In this document: piece by piece, positions 27,229-35,431 of the stretch | How the letters are laid out: each line of letters starts with the position of its first letter | Numbering within the stretch: position 1 is the stretch's first letter | DNA from: Bdellovibrionales bacterium | Lineage (GTDB): Bacteria > Bdellovibrionota > Bdellovibrionia > Bdellovibrionales > UBA1609 | Length of the DNA stretch: 35,721 nt | Direction: 5' to 3' | Assembly (NCBI GenBank): GCA_050246815.1 | Contig: JBFWVI010000033.1 | Span: forward strand, 1-35,721 | Made by a program: the position numbers and the translations under genes | Notes under the pieces: generated by a model | What the model saw: only the letters and a program-made list of their open reading frames with translations | What the model was told of the DNA's origin: nothing | Database searches by the model: none

Positions 27229-28344
27229 GTGGAAACAATCCGGTTTATTTTAGTCCTGGTTTTGATTTCGTGTGCCCCTAGCGCGCTGGCTGCATCTTTT
27301 GACGTGCGAGGATCAGGTGATCCGGTGGAGGCCAAACTTGAACTTTTTCGTCGCATGCTTCGGCATCCCCACTCAGAGACTCACCACTTTGAATCGCCCG
27401 TGGATAAAGCACACATTCATTACATCAAGTGGCATGGTGGCTTTACGCCAGAGACCCCTATCCTTTATCTGACGGGCCGAGGTGAGCTGTCTTCAGCTTG
27501 GGCTGAGATGGTCTACACCATGCGCTACAAACATCGTTTTACAGGGGCAGCGTATGTGATGGATCATCGTGGGCAGGGGTTTTCTGAGCATTTAGGCGGT
27601 CCTGTCACAGACAGCTATGTCAAAAATTTTTCGGACTACGTCGAAGACATTAAAGCCATGATCAAATTGGTCTCGCGTGAAAATCGCGGGCAAAAACCAT
27701 TCATTATCGCTCATTCCATGGGGGCCACCGCGCTATGGCTGGCCCTGGCTGAGGAACCCGATCTTGCCGACGATGTCGCGCTGATCACGATGATGGGTGA
27801 CGTCAACTTGGGACCCATTGAATTTCTTGGGGATGGCGCGGCCATGGTCATCATCAACTTGATTTCGGCAATTCGGCCGCGCATGGCGTTTGGTCGTCAT
27901 TTGCCTGGTGTTGTAAATGTGCGTAACCCCGTGCAAGTCAGAACCACGGATCCTGTGCGAGCAGAGGCTCGCTGGCGGCTTTTGCAGCGGCATCATGCTT
28001 ACAGGCCGGGTAAAAGTGCGCGATGGACCTCACAAGCGTTAAAGGCCACAAGGCAAGCCTTGGCTAAAGCTCATCAGGTGCAAGCCAATGTTTTGATGTT
28101 CGCAGCCGAATATGACCATGTCGTTGAGCCCGAGCGCTTAAAAGAGCTCAGCTGTTTGGCTCCCCATTGTCGGCTTGAGTTTTTACGTGGGGCTTATCAT
28201 GCCTCTCATGAAGAGGCGGATGAGATCCGGGGGCCTATGTTGCAAAAAATTGCAGATCATTTTCGTCATATTCAGTACGACGATTCGTGCGATTCGGTTT
28301 TGACCGAACTGAAAAGCAGAGACGACGACGACGATGGGCACTAG
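27229..28344 (+). CDS. Exported alpha/beta hydrolase, lysophospholipase L2 (PldB)-like
   Basis: Start moved to a GTG after the cca stop; signal peptide ending ALA; TGRGE, DHRGQGFS, AHSMG nucleophile elbow, D (EYDHVV) and H (AYH). Confidence 0.85.
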   Translation: METIRFILVLVLISCAPSALAASFDVRGSGDPVEAKLELFRRMLRHPHSETHHFESPVDKAHIHYIKWHGGFTPETPILYLTGRGELSSAWAEMVYTMRYKHRFTGAAYVMDHRGQGFSEHLGGPVTDSYVKNFSDYVEDIKAMIKLVSRENRGQKPFIIAHSMGATALWLALAEEPDLADDVALITMMGDVNLGPIEFLGDGAAMVIINLISAIRPRMAFGRHLPGVVNVRNPVQVRTTDPVRAEARWRLLQRHHAYRPGKSARWTSQALKATRQALAKAHQVQANVLMFAAEYDHVVEPERLKELSCLAPHCRLEFLRGAYHASHEEADEIRGPMLQKIADHFRHIQYDDSCDSVLTELKSRDDDDDGH

Positions 28345-28544
28345 TGTTTTTTGTTGTCGGTGCCTTTGGAGCTGTCTTTGGCGCGCATGCCGGTGTGATT
28401 GCGCCAATTGAACTCGTCGCCATTTTGGTAGCGTGAATTCCAGGCGTCCCACTTTTCTTTGGGAAGATTGTGGCGGACGCTGCCGTCTTGATCAAAGATC
28501 TCAGGTTTTTTTCCGAATAAAAAATCAAACACTTTGCCTAGCAT
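28341..28544 (-). CDS. Small hypothetical protein
   Basis: MLGKVFDFLFGKKPEIFD...WDAW...FNWRNH; AAGGAAAG upstream of ATG 28544. Confidence 0.7.
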   Translation of the reverse strand: MLGKVFDFLFGKKPEIFDQDGSVRHNLPKEKWDAWNSRYQNGDEFNWRNHTGMRAKDSSKGTDNKKH

Positions 28545-28561
28545 GGGGGTATCTTTCCTTT

Positions 28562-29035
28562 TTAGTTCCACAAATCAAGCAGAACTTCGTTCGAGTCAGG
28601 TTCCACTATTGCGCTGCTTAAAGGTTCGTTGGCTGTCCAGCGACCATCGCCGTTTTGATCTATAAAGGCACAGGCCGTGTACTCACCATCAGGCAGATCA
28701 AACAACTCAATATTGCCAAAGTTGTACCAAGCGTTGACGGTGCCGACAAGAAAAGGTCCTTGGTTCAAGACCACCGTGGTTCCCGTGGCATCAAAAATTT
28801 GATAAATTTGCTCGGTGGGGCTCTGCGCAAGAAGGTAGGCCCCGCAACTGACCGGGTTTATCGTTAAGCCGACATAGGCTGTTTTACCTGCTTTCTGCGA
28901 AATACAATCCGCGTGCTGGGCGGAATGGCAATTTAAGCGAATTGGTGGAATGGCGCCGACCTTGTTTTTCTCGGTGCCTTGCAAGCAGCTGCTTAAAATC
29001 AAGGGCAAAAAAAAGATTAATAACCGATGGTGCAT
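28562..29035 (-). CDS. Hypothetical lipoprotein (DUF2141-like C-terminus)
   Basis: LSS-C lipobox; LPDGEYTACAFIDQNGDGRW Ca-loop-like motif. Confidence 0.75.
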   Translation of the reverse strand: MHHRLLIFFLPLILSSCLQGTEKNKVGAIPPIRLNCHSAQHADCISQKAGKTAYVGLTINPVSCGAYLLAQSPTEQIYQIFDATGTTVVLNQGPFLVGTVNAWYNFGNIELFDLPDGEYTACAFIDQNGDGRWTANEPLSSAIVEPDSNEVLLDLWN

Positions 29036-29097
29036 ATTAAAAGCGTAACAAAGAGACTCAAAACCTTCAAGTCCGTGAGTTTTGAAGTCAAAAGAGG

Positions 29098-29361
29098 CTA
29101 TTTTTCGCAGTGGGCAGTGCTACACTTGTCGATAAAAAGGCTATACTGCTCTTCGCTGACTTGGCCATTTTTGGCCTGATAGTCTTCAGTTCGCAGATCC
29201 ACACAGCGCACAATCGCTGCAGAGTGGGCGTCATGCTTTTCATCGCCGCGGCCTTCGGCCACTACATTCAGCCCGCTCACGCGGATGCGACATTGTACGC
29301 CCTTGGCCAGGGCGGCTTCTGTCATCATGAGACTTAAGATTAAGGCGTAAACTAGTTTCAT
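29098..29361 (-). CDS. Small secreted four-Cys protein
   Basis: Start moved to ATG 29361 after GGGAG; signal peptide ending ALA; 87 aa. Confidence 0.75.
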   Translation of the reverse strand: MKLVYALILSLMMTEAALAKGVQCRIRVSGLNVVAEGRGDEKHDAHSAAIVRCVDLRTEDYQAKNGQVSEEQYSLFIDKCSTAHCEK

Positions 29362-29386
29362 AAAATGTTCTCCCGCACTTTTATAG

Positions 29387-29402
29387 AGCAAGCCAGAGGC
29401 CA
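29387..29402 (-). promoter_or_regulatory. Putative sigma54 promoter
   Basis: Minus strand TGGCCTCTGGCTTGCT fits GG-N10-GC; 25 nt before ATG 29361. Confidence 0.65.
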
Positions 29403-29569
29403 GGTGCCACCTCACAAAAAGAAGCTAACCTATCAAAGTCACTAAGTTTTATTTTGATGCGAAGATCGTCTAATGGGGCTTTAAAAGGGCGTTTTAGAAA
29501 AAGCGCTATTTTGGCTGACGGCTGCCTAAAATCTCGACAGGCATATGGGCTTTGGATTAGTGGTTTTTT

Positions 29570-30346
29570 ATGTCACTTGCGCGCTATATACCGGTTCACT
29601 TTTTGAAGCACTTGAGCGTTGAAATTCAACAGCTGGTCGTTTCAGAAATGCAGCTCAACTGTCACTCTTGCACGGCCTCAGGTTTTGCAAAAGACGCAGT
29701 TGATTATCATTCTGCTGAGGTCAAATGCTGCTCTTATTGGCCCTTTGTGCCCAATTTTATGGTGCCCCTTTATTGGCAAAAAAGTTCGCATTCTGCATTG
29801 TTTCTCGATTCAAAAGTATTGCTGCCAATTGGGCTTGTGGCGCCGGTTGAATATCAAAAATTGCACCAGACAAAGTCCCAAGATCCGGCTATGCAATGCC
29901 CATTCTTTTCGAAGGAAAAAACTTGTGAAGTTTGGGAGTTTCGATCGGCCCCGTGTGCGACATATTTTTGTCGCAGCTCTTCGGGGGATACTGGGCAAAA
30001 TTTTTGGCAAGAAGCCTGTCATTTGCTCAGTCTTTTGGAGCAAGGGTTGGCTCGGGTCTGGATGCTTGAGGCTGGGTACTCGTGGCCCGAGATCGAGCAC
30101 TGCCATTCACGCCTCGCCGTGACAAGCGATGTCCAGGAGATGAGTGAATTTGAGTTACATAAAATTTGGGCTCATCATGCATTCAATAAGAAAGAGTATT
30201 TTCTGCGCGCAGCAAACTGGTTTCAGAATTTAAGTCGCAATGACGTCCTAAGCTGGTTTGGGGAGGAATTCCGTATCGCGGAAGCCCAGCTTATGGCCCG
30301 TCATGGTTTGACAAGCTGGGCCGGCTCTTCTACAGCAAACCTATGA
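29570..30346 (+). CDS. YkgJ-like cysteine-cluster (Zn/Fe-S chelating) protein
   Basis: CHSC, KCC, CPFF, CEVWEFRSAPCATYFC; ATGA overlap with sufE. Confidence 0.75.
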   Translation: MSLARYIPVHFLKHLSVEIQQLVVSEMQLNCHSCTASGFAKDAVDYHSAEVKCCSYWPFVPNFMVPLYWQKSSHSALFLDSKVLLPIGLVAPVEYQKLHQTKSQDPAMQCPFFSKEKTCEVWEFRSAPCATYFCRSSSGDTGQNFWQEACHLLSLLEQGLARVWMLEAGYSWPEIEHCHSRLAVTSDVQEMSEFELHKIWAHHAFNKKEYFLRAANWFQNLSRNDVLSWFGEEFRIAEAQLMARHGLTSWAGSSTANL

Positions 30347-30774
30347 GTTTGCAAGAGCGTCAAAAGGAGATTGTGTTGCTATTCACCCGGTATGAAAGCT
30401 GGGAGGAAAAGTATCGTCTTTTGATCGAGATCGGCAAACAGTTGCCTGTTTATCCTGAAGAATTTCGCAATGAAGATCATCGCGTGAAAGGCTGTCAATC
30501 CCAAGTTTGGCTGCACGCCGACTTGAAAGATGGAATGGTGAACTTGCGTGTGGACAGTGATGCACTCATCGTCAAGGGTTTAGCCGCGCTTTTGGTAAAA
30601 CTATATTCACAGGCCACGCCGGAGCAAATTTTGGCGACTTCGCCTGAGTTCATTTCGATCTTAGATTTGGGCAGTCATCTTTCACCTAGTCGTGCCAATG
30701 GGCTTTTTGCGATGGTGAAGCAGATCAAGTACTACGCGGCGGCCTTTCAAGTATTGCAAAACCAGGCGAGATAG
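30343..30774 (+). CDS. sufE: SufE-family cysteine desulfurase acceptor
   Basis: WEEKYRLLIEIG, VKGCQSQVW, DSDALIVKG, LSPSRANG. Confidence 0.95.
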   Translation: MSLQERQKEIVLLFTRYESWEEKYRLLIEIGKQLPVYPEEFRNEDHRVKGCQSQVWLHADLKDGMVNLRVDSDALIVKGLAALLVKLYSQATPEQILATSPEFISILDLGSHLSPSRANGLFAMVKQIKYYAAAFQVLQNQAR

Positions 30775-30780
30775 CGGCTG

Positions 30781-30818
30781 TATCGTCGCGTGTACGCCTT
30801 ATATCGTCGCGTGTACGC
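30781..30818. repeat. 17-bp direct repeat TATCGTCGCGTGTACGC x2 (period 21)
   Basis: Identical copies at 30781-30797 and 30802-30818 flank the yebC stop codon. Confidence 0.9.
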
Positions 30819-31497
30819 GATGCGAATCTTCAAAATCTTCAAGTTCGCCAAGCATGTCGACGACTTCTTTTTTCTTGGCTTCATCGAGCTCGGTGTGGTC
30901 TTTGGCTTTGTATGAGAGTTCAGCGGTCGTGATTTCCCAGCCACGACCGATGAGGGCCGAGCGAATTTGATCTAAGTCGGAAGGGGATCCGTAAAACAAA
31001 GTCTCGCCCTCATCGCCTGCTTCCACTTCATTGGCGCCCACTTCAATGGCTTCTTCTTCAGGGTCCGCCACATTGGCTTTTTTGCCGGCTACCAGCGAAA
31101 CACGTTCAAACATCCAATTTACCGCACCTTGTTCGCCCAAATTTCCGCCATTGCTTTTGAAAAGCATGCGCAATTCGCTGACAGTGCGGGTTTTGTTGTT
31201 GGTCTGACATTCAACAATAATGCCGACTCCGTGCGGGCCGTAGCCTTCGTAGGTGCACTCTTCGATGATCTCGTCATCCAACTGACCGGAACCCTTTTTT
31301 ATAGCGCGCTCAATGGTGTCCTTTGGGCAAGAAATGGCGCGAGCCGCATCGATGGCGATCTTCAGGCGAGAGTTTCCTCCGGGGTCAGGTCCTCCCAGTT
31401 TGGCGGCCACCGCGATTTCGCGTGCGACTTTGGTGAACATGGCTCCCTTTTTGGCAGCCGCTTCCATTTTTCCTGCTTTTTTCCAACTCTTGCCCAT
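30799..31497 (-). CDS. yebC: YebC/PmpR-family protein
   Basis: FTKVAREI, GGPDP, IERAIKKG, YEGYGPHGV, TNNKTRT, GAVNWMF. Confidence 0.95.
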   Translation of the reverse strand: MGKSWKKAGKMEAAAKKGAMFTKVAREIAVAAKLGGPDPGGNSRLKIAIDAARAISCPKDTIERAIKKGSGQLDDEIIEECTYEGYGPHGVGIIVECQTNNKTRTVSELRMLFKSNGGNLGEQGAVNWMFERVSLVAGKKANVADPEEEAIEVGANEVEAGDEGETLFYGSPSDLDQIRSALIGRGWEITTAELSYKAKDHTELDEAKKKEVVDMLGELEDFEDSHRVHATI

Positions 31498-31528
31498 GGG
31501 GCGAATTTATAGGATTGTGCGCCATAGA

Positions 31529-32356
31529 ATGCAACCCCTAGAGTCGTCCCTTTATATCGCCCAGGTGCGCCAAAAAATCGCTCAGCTTGAAATGAGCTGC
31601 GACTTTGCATTCAGAGGGGCTATTAATCAGGTTCCTGACGTGCCGGGTCGTGACGTTGAGGTTATGGCGATTCGGGATTTACCGCCTAAACCAGGCTTGT
31701 CCAAAGCTATAGGGCAAGCGCGGATGTTGCACGATTTGGCCAATATCGAACTTCAGGCTATGGAACTGGGGCTTCGTACGCTGATCGAGTTTCCACAGGC
31801 GCCATCGGCCTTTCGGCAGCGCCTGGCTGAAATCACGATCGAAGAAGGGGAGCATCTGCGTTTAAGCCTGAATGCCATTGAAGAGCTGGGGTTTCAGTGG
31901 GGGCAGTGGCCCGTGCATTTGGGGCTTTGGCGTTGTGTGGGGCCGCAAGACACTTTGTTGGATCGGGTGTTGATGGTTCATCGATTTATGGAGGGCTCGG
32001 GTCTAGACGCTGGCGAAACCATTCGTCGCCGTTTGAGTGGCACCAAGGGGAGTTTGGCGATGGAGGTGGCTGATCGCATAGCTCGCGATGAGTTGTCTCA
32101 TGTGCAGTTTGGTTCTGAGTGGTATCGCGAACTTTGCCGCCTGGAAAATTTGAATCCACAAGATGACTTTGCAGTACGTCTACAAAATTTGTTTCATCGT
32201 TTACCAAGGCGCTTAGAACCTTTGGCTGTGGAGGTGCGACGGCTTGCGGGCTTCTCTCAAGATGAGATCGAATGGCTCGAAAAACTTCGCCAGCGCTGGT
32301 TGACCGCAACAGAAAGGATTCATCCTGTTCGTCCGGATTCTCGCTTTGGCACATAA
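31529..32356 (+). CDS. DUF455-family ferritin-like di-iron protein
   Basis: LHDLANIELQAMEL, EEGEH, EGSGLD, IARDELSHVQFG; start moved out of the yebC overlap. Confidence 0.85.
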   Translation: MQPLESSLYIAQVRQKIAQLEMSCDFAFRGAINQVPDVPGRDVEVMAIRDLPPKPGLSKAIGQARMLHDLANIELQAMELGLRTLIEFPQAPSAFRQRLAEITIEEGEHLRLSLNAIEELGFQWGQWPVHLGLWRCVGPQDTLLDRVLMVHRFMEGSGLDAGETIRRRLSGTKGSLAMEVADRIARDELSHVQFGSEWYRELCRLENLNPQDDFAVRLQNLFHRLPRRLEPLAVEVRRLAGFSQDEIEWLEKLRQRWLTATERIHPVRPDSRFGT

Positions 32357-32498
32357 CATTGTTTCAGCTTAAAACTCTGTTTCTAAAACGGTACGCCCCA
32401 AACTGATTTTGTTCAGATCTTAACTCGTTTGCCGAAAAAAATGACGCTACACTCTATTTTGGGCCACAGGTACGTTGGTGGAAAGGCCAAAGGTAGTT

Positions 32499-32600
32499 AT
32501 GAAGGACGTTTTGCAAAAGCTGGAGTATTTGCAGGTCACGCTCTTCGTGATCGGTGTTGTCGCAATCATCAGTGTTTTGATTTATCTCTTATTCAATTAA
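32499..32600 (+). CDS. 33-aa single-TM microprotein (not in the ORF track)
   Basis: MKDVLQKLEYLQVTLFVIGVVAIISVLIYLLFN; AAAGGT RBS-like sequence; TAA shares TTAA with the convergent SDR stop. Confidence 0.6.
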   Translation: MKDVLQKLEYLQVTLFVIGVVAIISVLIYLLFN

Positions 32601-33346
32601 AGCAGACTAATGCCGCCGTCGATGACGTGAATTGAACCCGTGTTCCATGCAGACTCCGGCCCGACTAAAAAACTAATCATTGAGGCGATGTCCTCTGGGC
32701 GGCCCATTCGTTTCATGGGTTGGGCCGCATGTGCCTGGCGTCGGGCTTCACTCTGGTCGCTGTCTTGGTGAAAGGGGTGAATGGGAGTGTCGGTCAATCC
32801 CGGGCAAACCGCGCAGACCCTGATACGGGGTGCTAATTCCAGTGCCAGTCCTTGGGTTAAATTATTGAGTCCGGCCTTAATGGCCGAGTAGGCCAGGGTG
32901 TTGACAATTGGTCGCAGCCCCAATGTGCTGGACACATTGAGTATTACACCTCCAGCTGCAAAATGGGGCAGAGCTTGTCGAATCAAGCGCACGGGCGCCA
33001 TGAGATTGGTTTCAAATTCCTGACGCCAGTTTTCTTCGCTTGTTTCTAAAAATGATTGGCGGTGAAAAATGGCCGCATTATTAATAAGCGCGGTCAGCGT
33101 AAGATTTTTAAAAGCGGAATTTTTTAAACCCTCTACGATCACTTGAGCGGCTGAAGCATCGGCTAGATCGACGGCGACTGTATGGCAGGGTGTCTGAAGG
33201 CCTGCGGCTACTTTTTTTAAGCGCGTTTCGTCTCGCCCGGTGATCAGTAGCGCAAAACCGTCGCGACTTAATCGTTCAGCCGTCGCTTGGCCAATGCCGC
33301 GACTGGCTCCGGTGACAATGGCTATTCCGTGTGGGCTTTGAGTCAT
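32597..33346 (-). CDS. Short-chain dehydrogenase/reductase (FabG-like)
   Basis: TGASRGIG, NNAA, NVSS, YSAIK, PGLTDT, DGG; ATG 33346 is the likely start. Confidence 0.92.
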   Translation of the reverse strand: MTQSPHGIAIVTGASRGIGQATAERLSRDGFALLITGRDETRLKKVAAGLQTPCHTVAVDLADASAAQVIVEGLKNSAFKNLTLTALINNAAIFHRQSFLETSEENWRQEFETNLMAPVRLIRQALPHFAAGGVILNVSSTLGLRPIVNTLAYSAIKAGLNNLTQGLALELAPRIRVCAVCPGLTDTPIHPFHQDSDQSEARRQAHAAQPMKRMGRPEDIASMISFLVGPESAWNTGSIHVIDGGISLL

Positions 33347-33404
33347 GGTTTTGGGGTTAGCAGAGCTGACCCCAAAACACAAATGCAAAGGTCTAAAACG
33401 TGTT

Positions 33405-33629
33405 CTAGGCGGCTTTTTTATGGCGCATCAGATAAGCCTGAAACTTCTTGTCGAAGTCCTTGGCTTTTTCACCGGTGCGGTTGATCAAACCTTCTTTGAA
33501 CCAAACAAAATGCTCTTCGCAGAACTCGGCGCGCGAAGCTTTTTTTCCGCATTTTTCAGCGGGGCACATGGCCAAGCTGACAACATTATTGGCGGCTTGG
33601 GGGGCGGCGGGTTTTTTATCTTTCGACAT
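33405..33629 (-). CDS. Small basic C-x4-C-x9-C-x2-H zinc-finger-like protein
   Basis: CPAEKCGKKASRAEFCEEH; strong AAGGAG RBS. Confidence 0.78.
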   Translation of the reverse strand: MSKDKKPAAPQAANNVVSLAMCPAEKCGKKASRAEFCEEHFVWFKEGLINRTGEKAKDFDKKFQAYLMRHKKAA

Positions 33630-33725
33630 AAGGGCTCCTTTTCACATCCGACTGTAAAGTGGACTATTACTCTTCGGTGTGAGGCGGGCGATTTTCAACG
33701 GGAACTCGGTCGAGGTCTAGGCTGG

Positions 33726-35285
33726 TTAGGGCCCGTCTTTCGGCTTGGGTGGTGTGACCTCAAGATCGGTCAGGTCCAACTGGTTCATGGGTGTCACTCG
33801 CCAGCCACGAAATTGTGGTTTGGCCAGCATGGCAAAATACAACTCGCCAAGAGGGATCAAACGGTGTTCTTTGATAAGGAGATTCAAAGCTTGTCCGCAC
33901 AAAGATTTTTTAGACGGTTCACTTTGCGAATTTTGAAGCCGCCCCACAAGCTTGTCATAATTTTCATTTTTTAAACCTAAACTGTTATCGCGCGAAAAAG
34001 ATGTGAAGCTTTCTAGGGCTGCCAGGCAAGTGGGCCGATTCAGATTCATGCCTTTGCGAAAGAGCGCGGGCGCCTTGGTTTTTATTTGCTGCATAAACAT
34101 GCCGCTTTCTTGTGGTCGCAAGGCCACGTTCAGGCCCAGATGTTTTTTCCATTGTCCCTGCATCCACTCCATGCCGCGCCCGACGTCTTCGCCACCTGCC
34201 CGCGAATAGTTCAAAGTGAGTTCGGGAAAGCGGCTTCGATCGGCTTTTGCAAGCGCGGCCTTGGCGGCTTTGAGGTCAAATTTTACGCAGGGCCATGGTT
34301 CGCTTAAAGATCTCGGCAAAGAGGGGCAGCCAATTTTGCCAGGAGTGAGGTAAGCTTTGGTTAGCTCGGCGTAGTCCAGGCTTAGGGCGAGGGCTTTTCT
34401 TAGTTCAGGCTGGTCTTGAAGCTCAGGGCCAAAACCCACGTAATCAAAGCGGTAAGTTGGGATAAATAAAAATTCTTTTCTGCTTTTGCGCCAAGGGATT
34501 TCTTTGATGTTTAGGCGTCGCAAGAAATCAAGTTTCCCTAAGTCAAACATCTGAAGTGCAGTGGAGTCTTCCTCGATTAAGAGGATCTCCACTTCAGGAC
34601 GGGACTTGATGGGGAAGTAATAGGGATTTGGCTCAAGTCGAATGCGTGTTTTGCTTTGCCACTCGCGAATGCGATAGGGGCCAGTTGTCACGGCCTTGGC
34701 AAAGGTGTCAGGTTTAAGTGGTGGAGTTTGCCAAATCGGAGTCAAAACGGGAGCGCTGAGTTTAAAGAAAAGCTCGGGGTCGGCCTCTTCCAGTTGAATT
34801 TCAAGAGTGCGGTCGTCGATAGCGCTAACCCCTAAGTCTTCGGGCTTTAGTTTGCCGGCCGAGATGGCCCTGGCATTCAGGATTGGCTGCAAAAGCTCCG
34901 CGTGCCGCGATCCGGTCATTGGGTCAATTAAGCGACGCCAGGCCAAGACCCAGTGATTGGCGGTCATATTTTCGCCGTTGCTGAATTTCAAGCCGGATTT
35001 AAGCTGACAGCGCAGCCGTAAGCGAAGCCTTGAATCTAGCCAATCACATTTTTTAGCCAATTCAAGTTTAGGCCGGTTGTGTTCGTCCAGGCGATAGAGG
35101 GAGCGATACAAATTGAAAAATAAAAATCCACCTGTGGCGTCATTTAACGCGGCAGGGTCAACGGTTGCGGGTTCGAGCCCTGAGTGAAAACGAAAAACCG
35201 ACTTCGTTGTCTCGTTTTGGGCCGGGCAAAATGCGGTCGGTAAAAAAGCGCCAAGCCAGATGCACAATAGATGGATAGTTTTCAT
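33726..35285 (-). CDS. Peptide ABC transporter substrate-binding protein (OppA-like, family 5)
   Basis: EPATVDP, KFSNGENMTA, WRRLIDP, GVSAIDDRTLEIQL, TGPYRI, NPYY, LRKALAL. Confidence 0.9.
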   Translation of the reverse strand: MKTIHLLCIWLGAFLPTAFCPAQNETTKSVFRFHSGLEPATVDPAALNDATGGFLFFNLYRSLYRLDEHNRPKLELAKKCDWLDSRLRLRLRCQLKSGLKFSNGENMTANHWVLAWRRLIDPMTGSRHAELLQPILNARAISAGKLKPEDLGVSAIDDRTLEIQLEEADPELFFKLSAPVLTPIWQTPPLKPDTFAKAVTTGPYRIREWQSKTRIRLEPNPYYFPIKSRPEVEILLIEEDSTALQMFDLGKLDFLRRLNIKEIPWRKSRKEFLFIPTYRFDYVGFGPELQDQPELRKALALSLDYAELTKAYLTPGKIGCPSLPRSLSEPWPCVKFDLKAAKAALAKADRSRFPELTLNYSRAGGEDVGRGMEWMQGQWKKHLGLNVALRPQESGMFMQQIKTKAPALFRKGMNLNRPTCLAALESFTSFSRDNSLGLKNENYDKLVGRLQNSQSEPSKKSLCGQALNLLIKEHRLIPLGELYFAMLAKPQFRGWRVTPMNQLDLTDLEVTPPKPKDGP

Positions 35286-35334
35286 TCTTTGGACACCCTA
35301 AAAGTCCCTAAGTTACGTCTATTTGCACCTAATT

Positions 35335-35350
35335 TGGAACATAAAATGCA
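35335..35350 (+). promoter_or_regulatory. Putative sigma54 promoter
   Basis: TGGAACATAAAATGCA fits GG-N10-GC; upstream of the lipoprotein at 35432. Confidence 0.55.
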
Positions 35351-35431
35351 CCTCTTTAGGACAGTCTGACTCATGACGATATGAATTTGTAGAGTCATTC
35401 GACTGAAGCTCTGATAGGAGACTGTCTCAAA

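Noticed and set aside
30781..30818. CRISPR-like repeat
   Set aside because: Only two 17-bp copies, 4 nt apart, one inside a CDS; no cas genes
31313..31528. N-terminal extension of the DUF455 ORF
   Set aside because: Antisense shadow of yebC; ATG 31529 or a later start is more plausible
32347..32362. Sixth sigma54 site TGGCACATAACATTGT
   Set aside because: Lacks the -12 GC
32429..32635. 68-aa ORF in the track
   Set aside because: TTG start without RBS and runs into the SDR gene; the 33-aa frame at 32499 is better supported
33345..33974. 209-aa plus-strand ORF
   Set aside because: Antisense to three better-supported genes
35356..35382. Sigma28-like TTAG-N15-GACGATAT
   Set aside because: Weak -35 match; cannot be told from chance by eye
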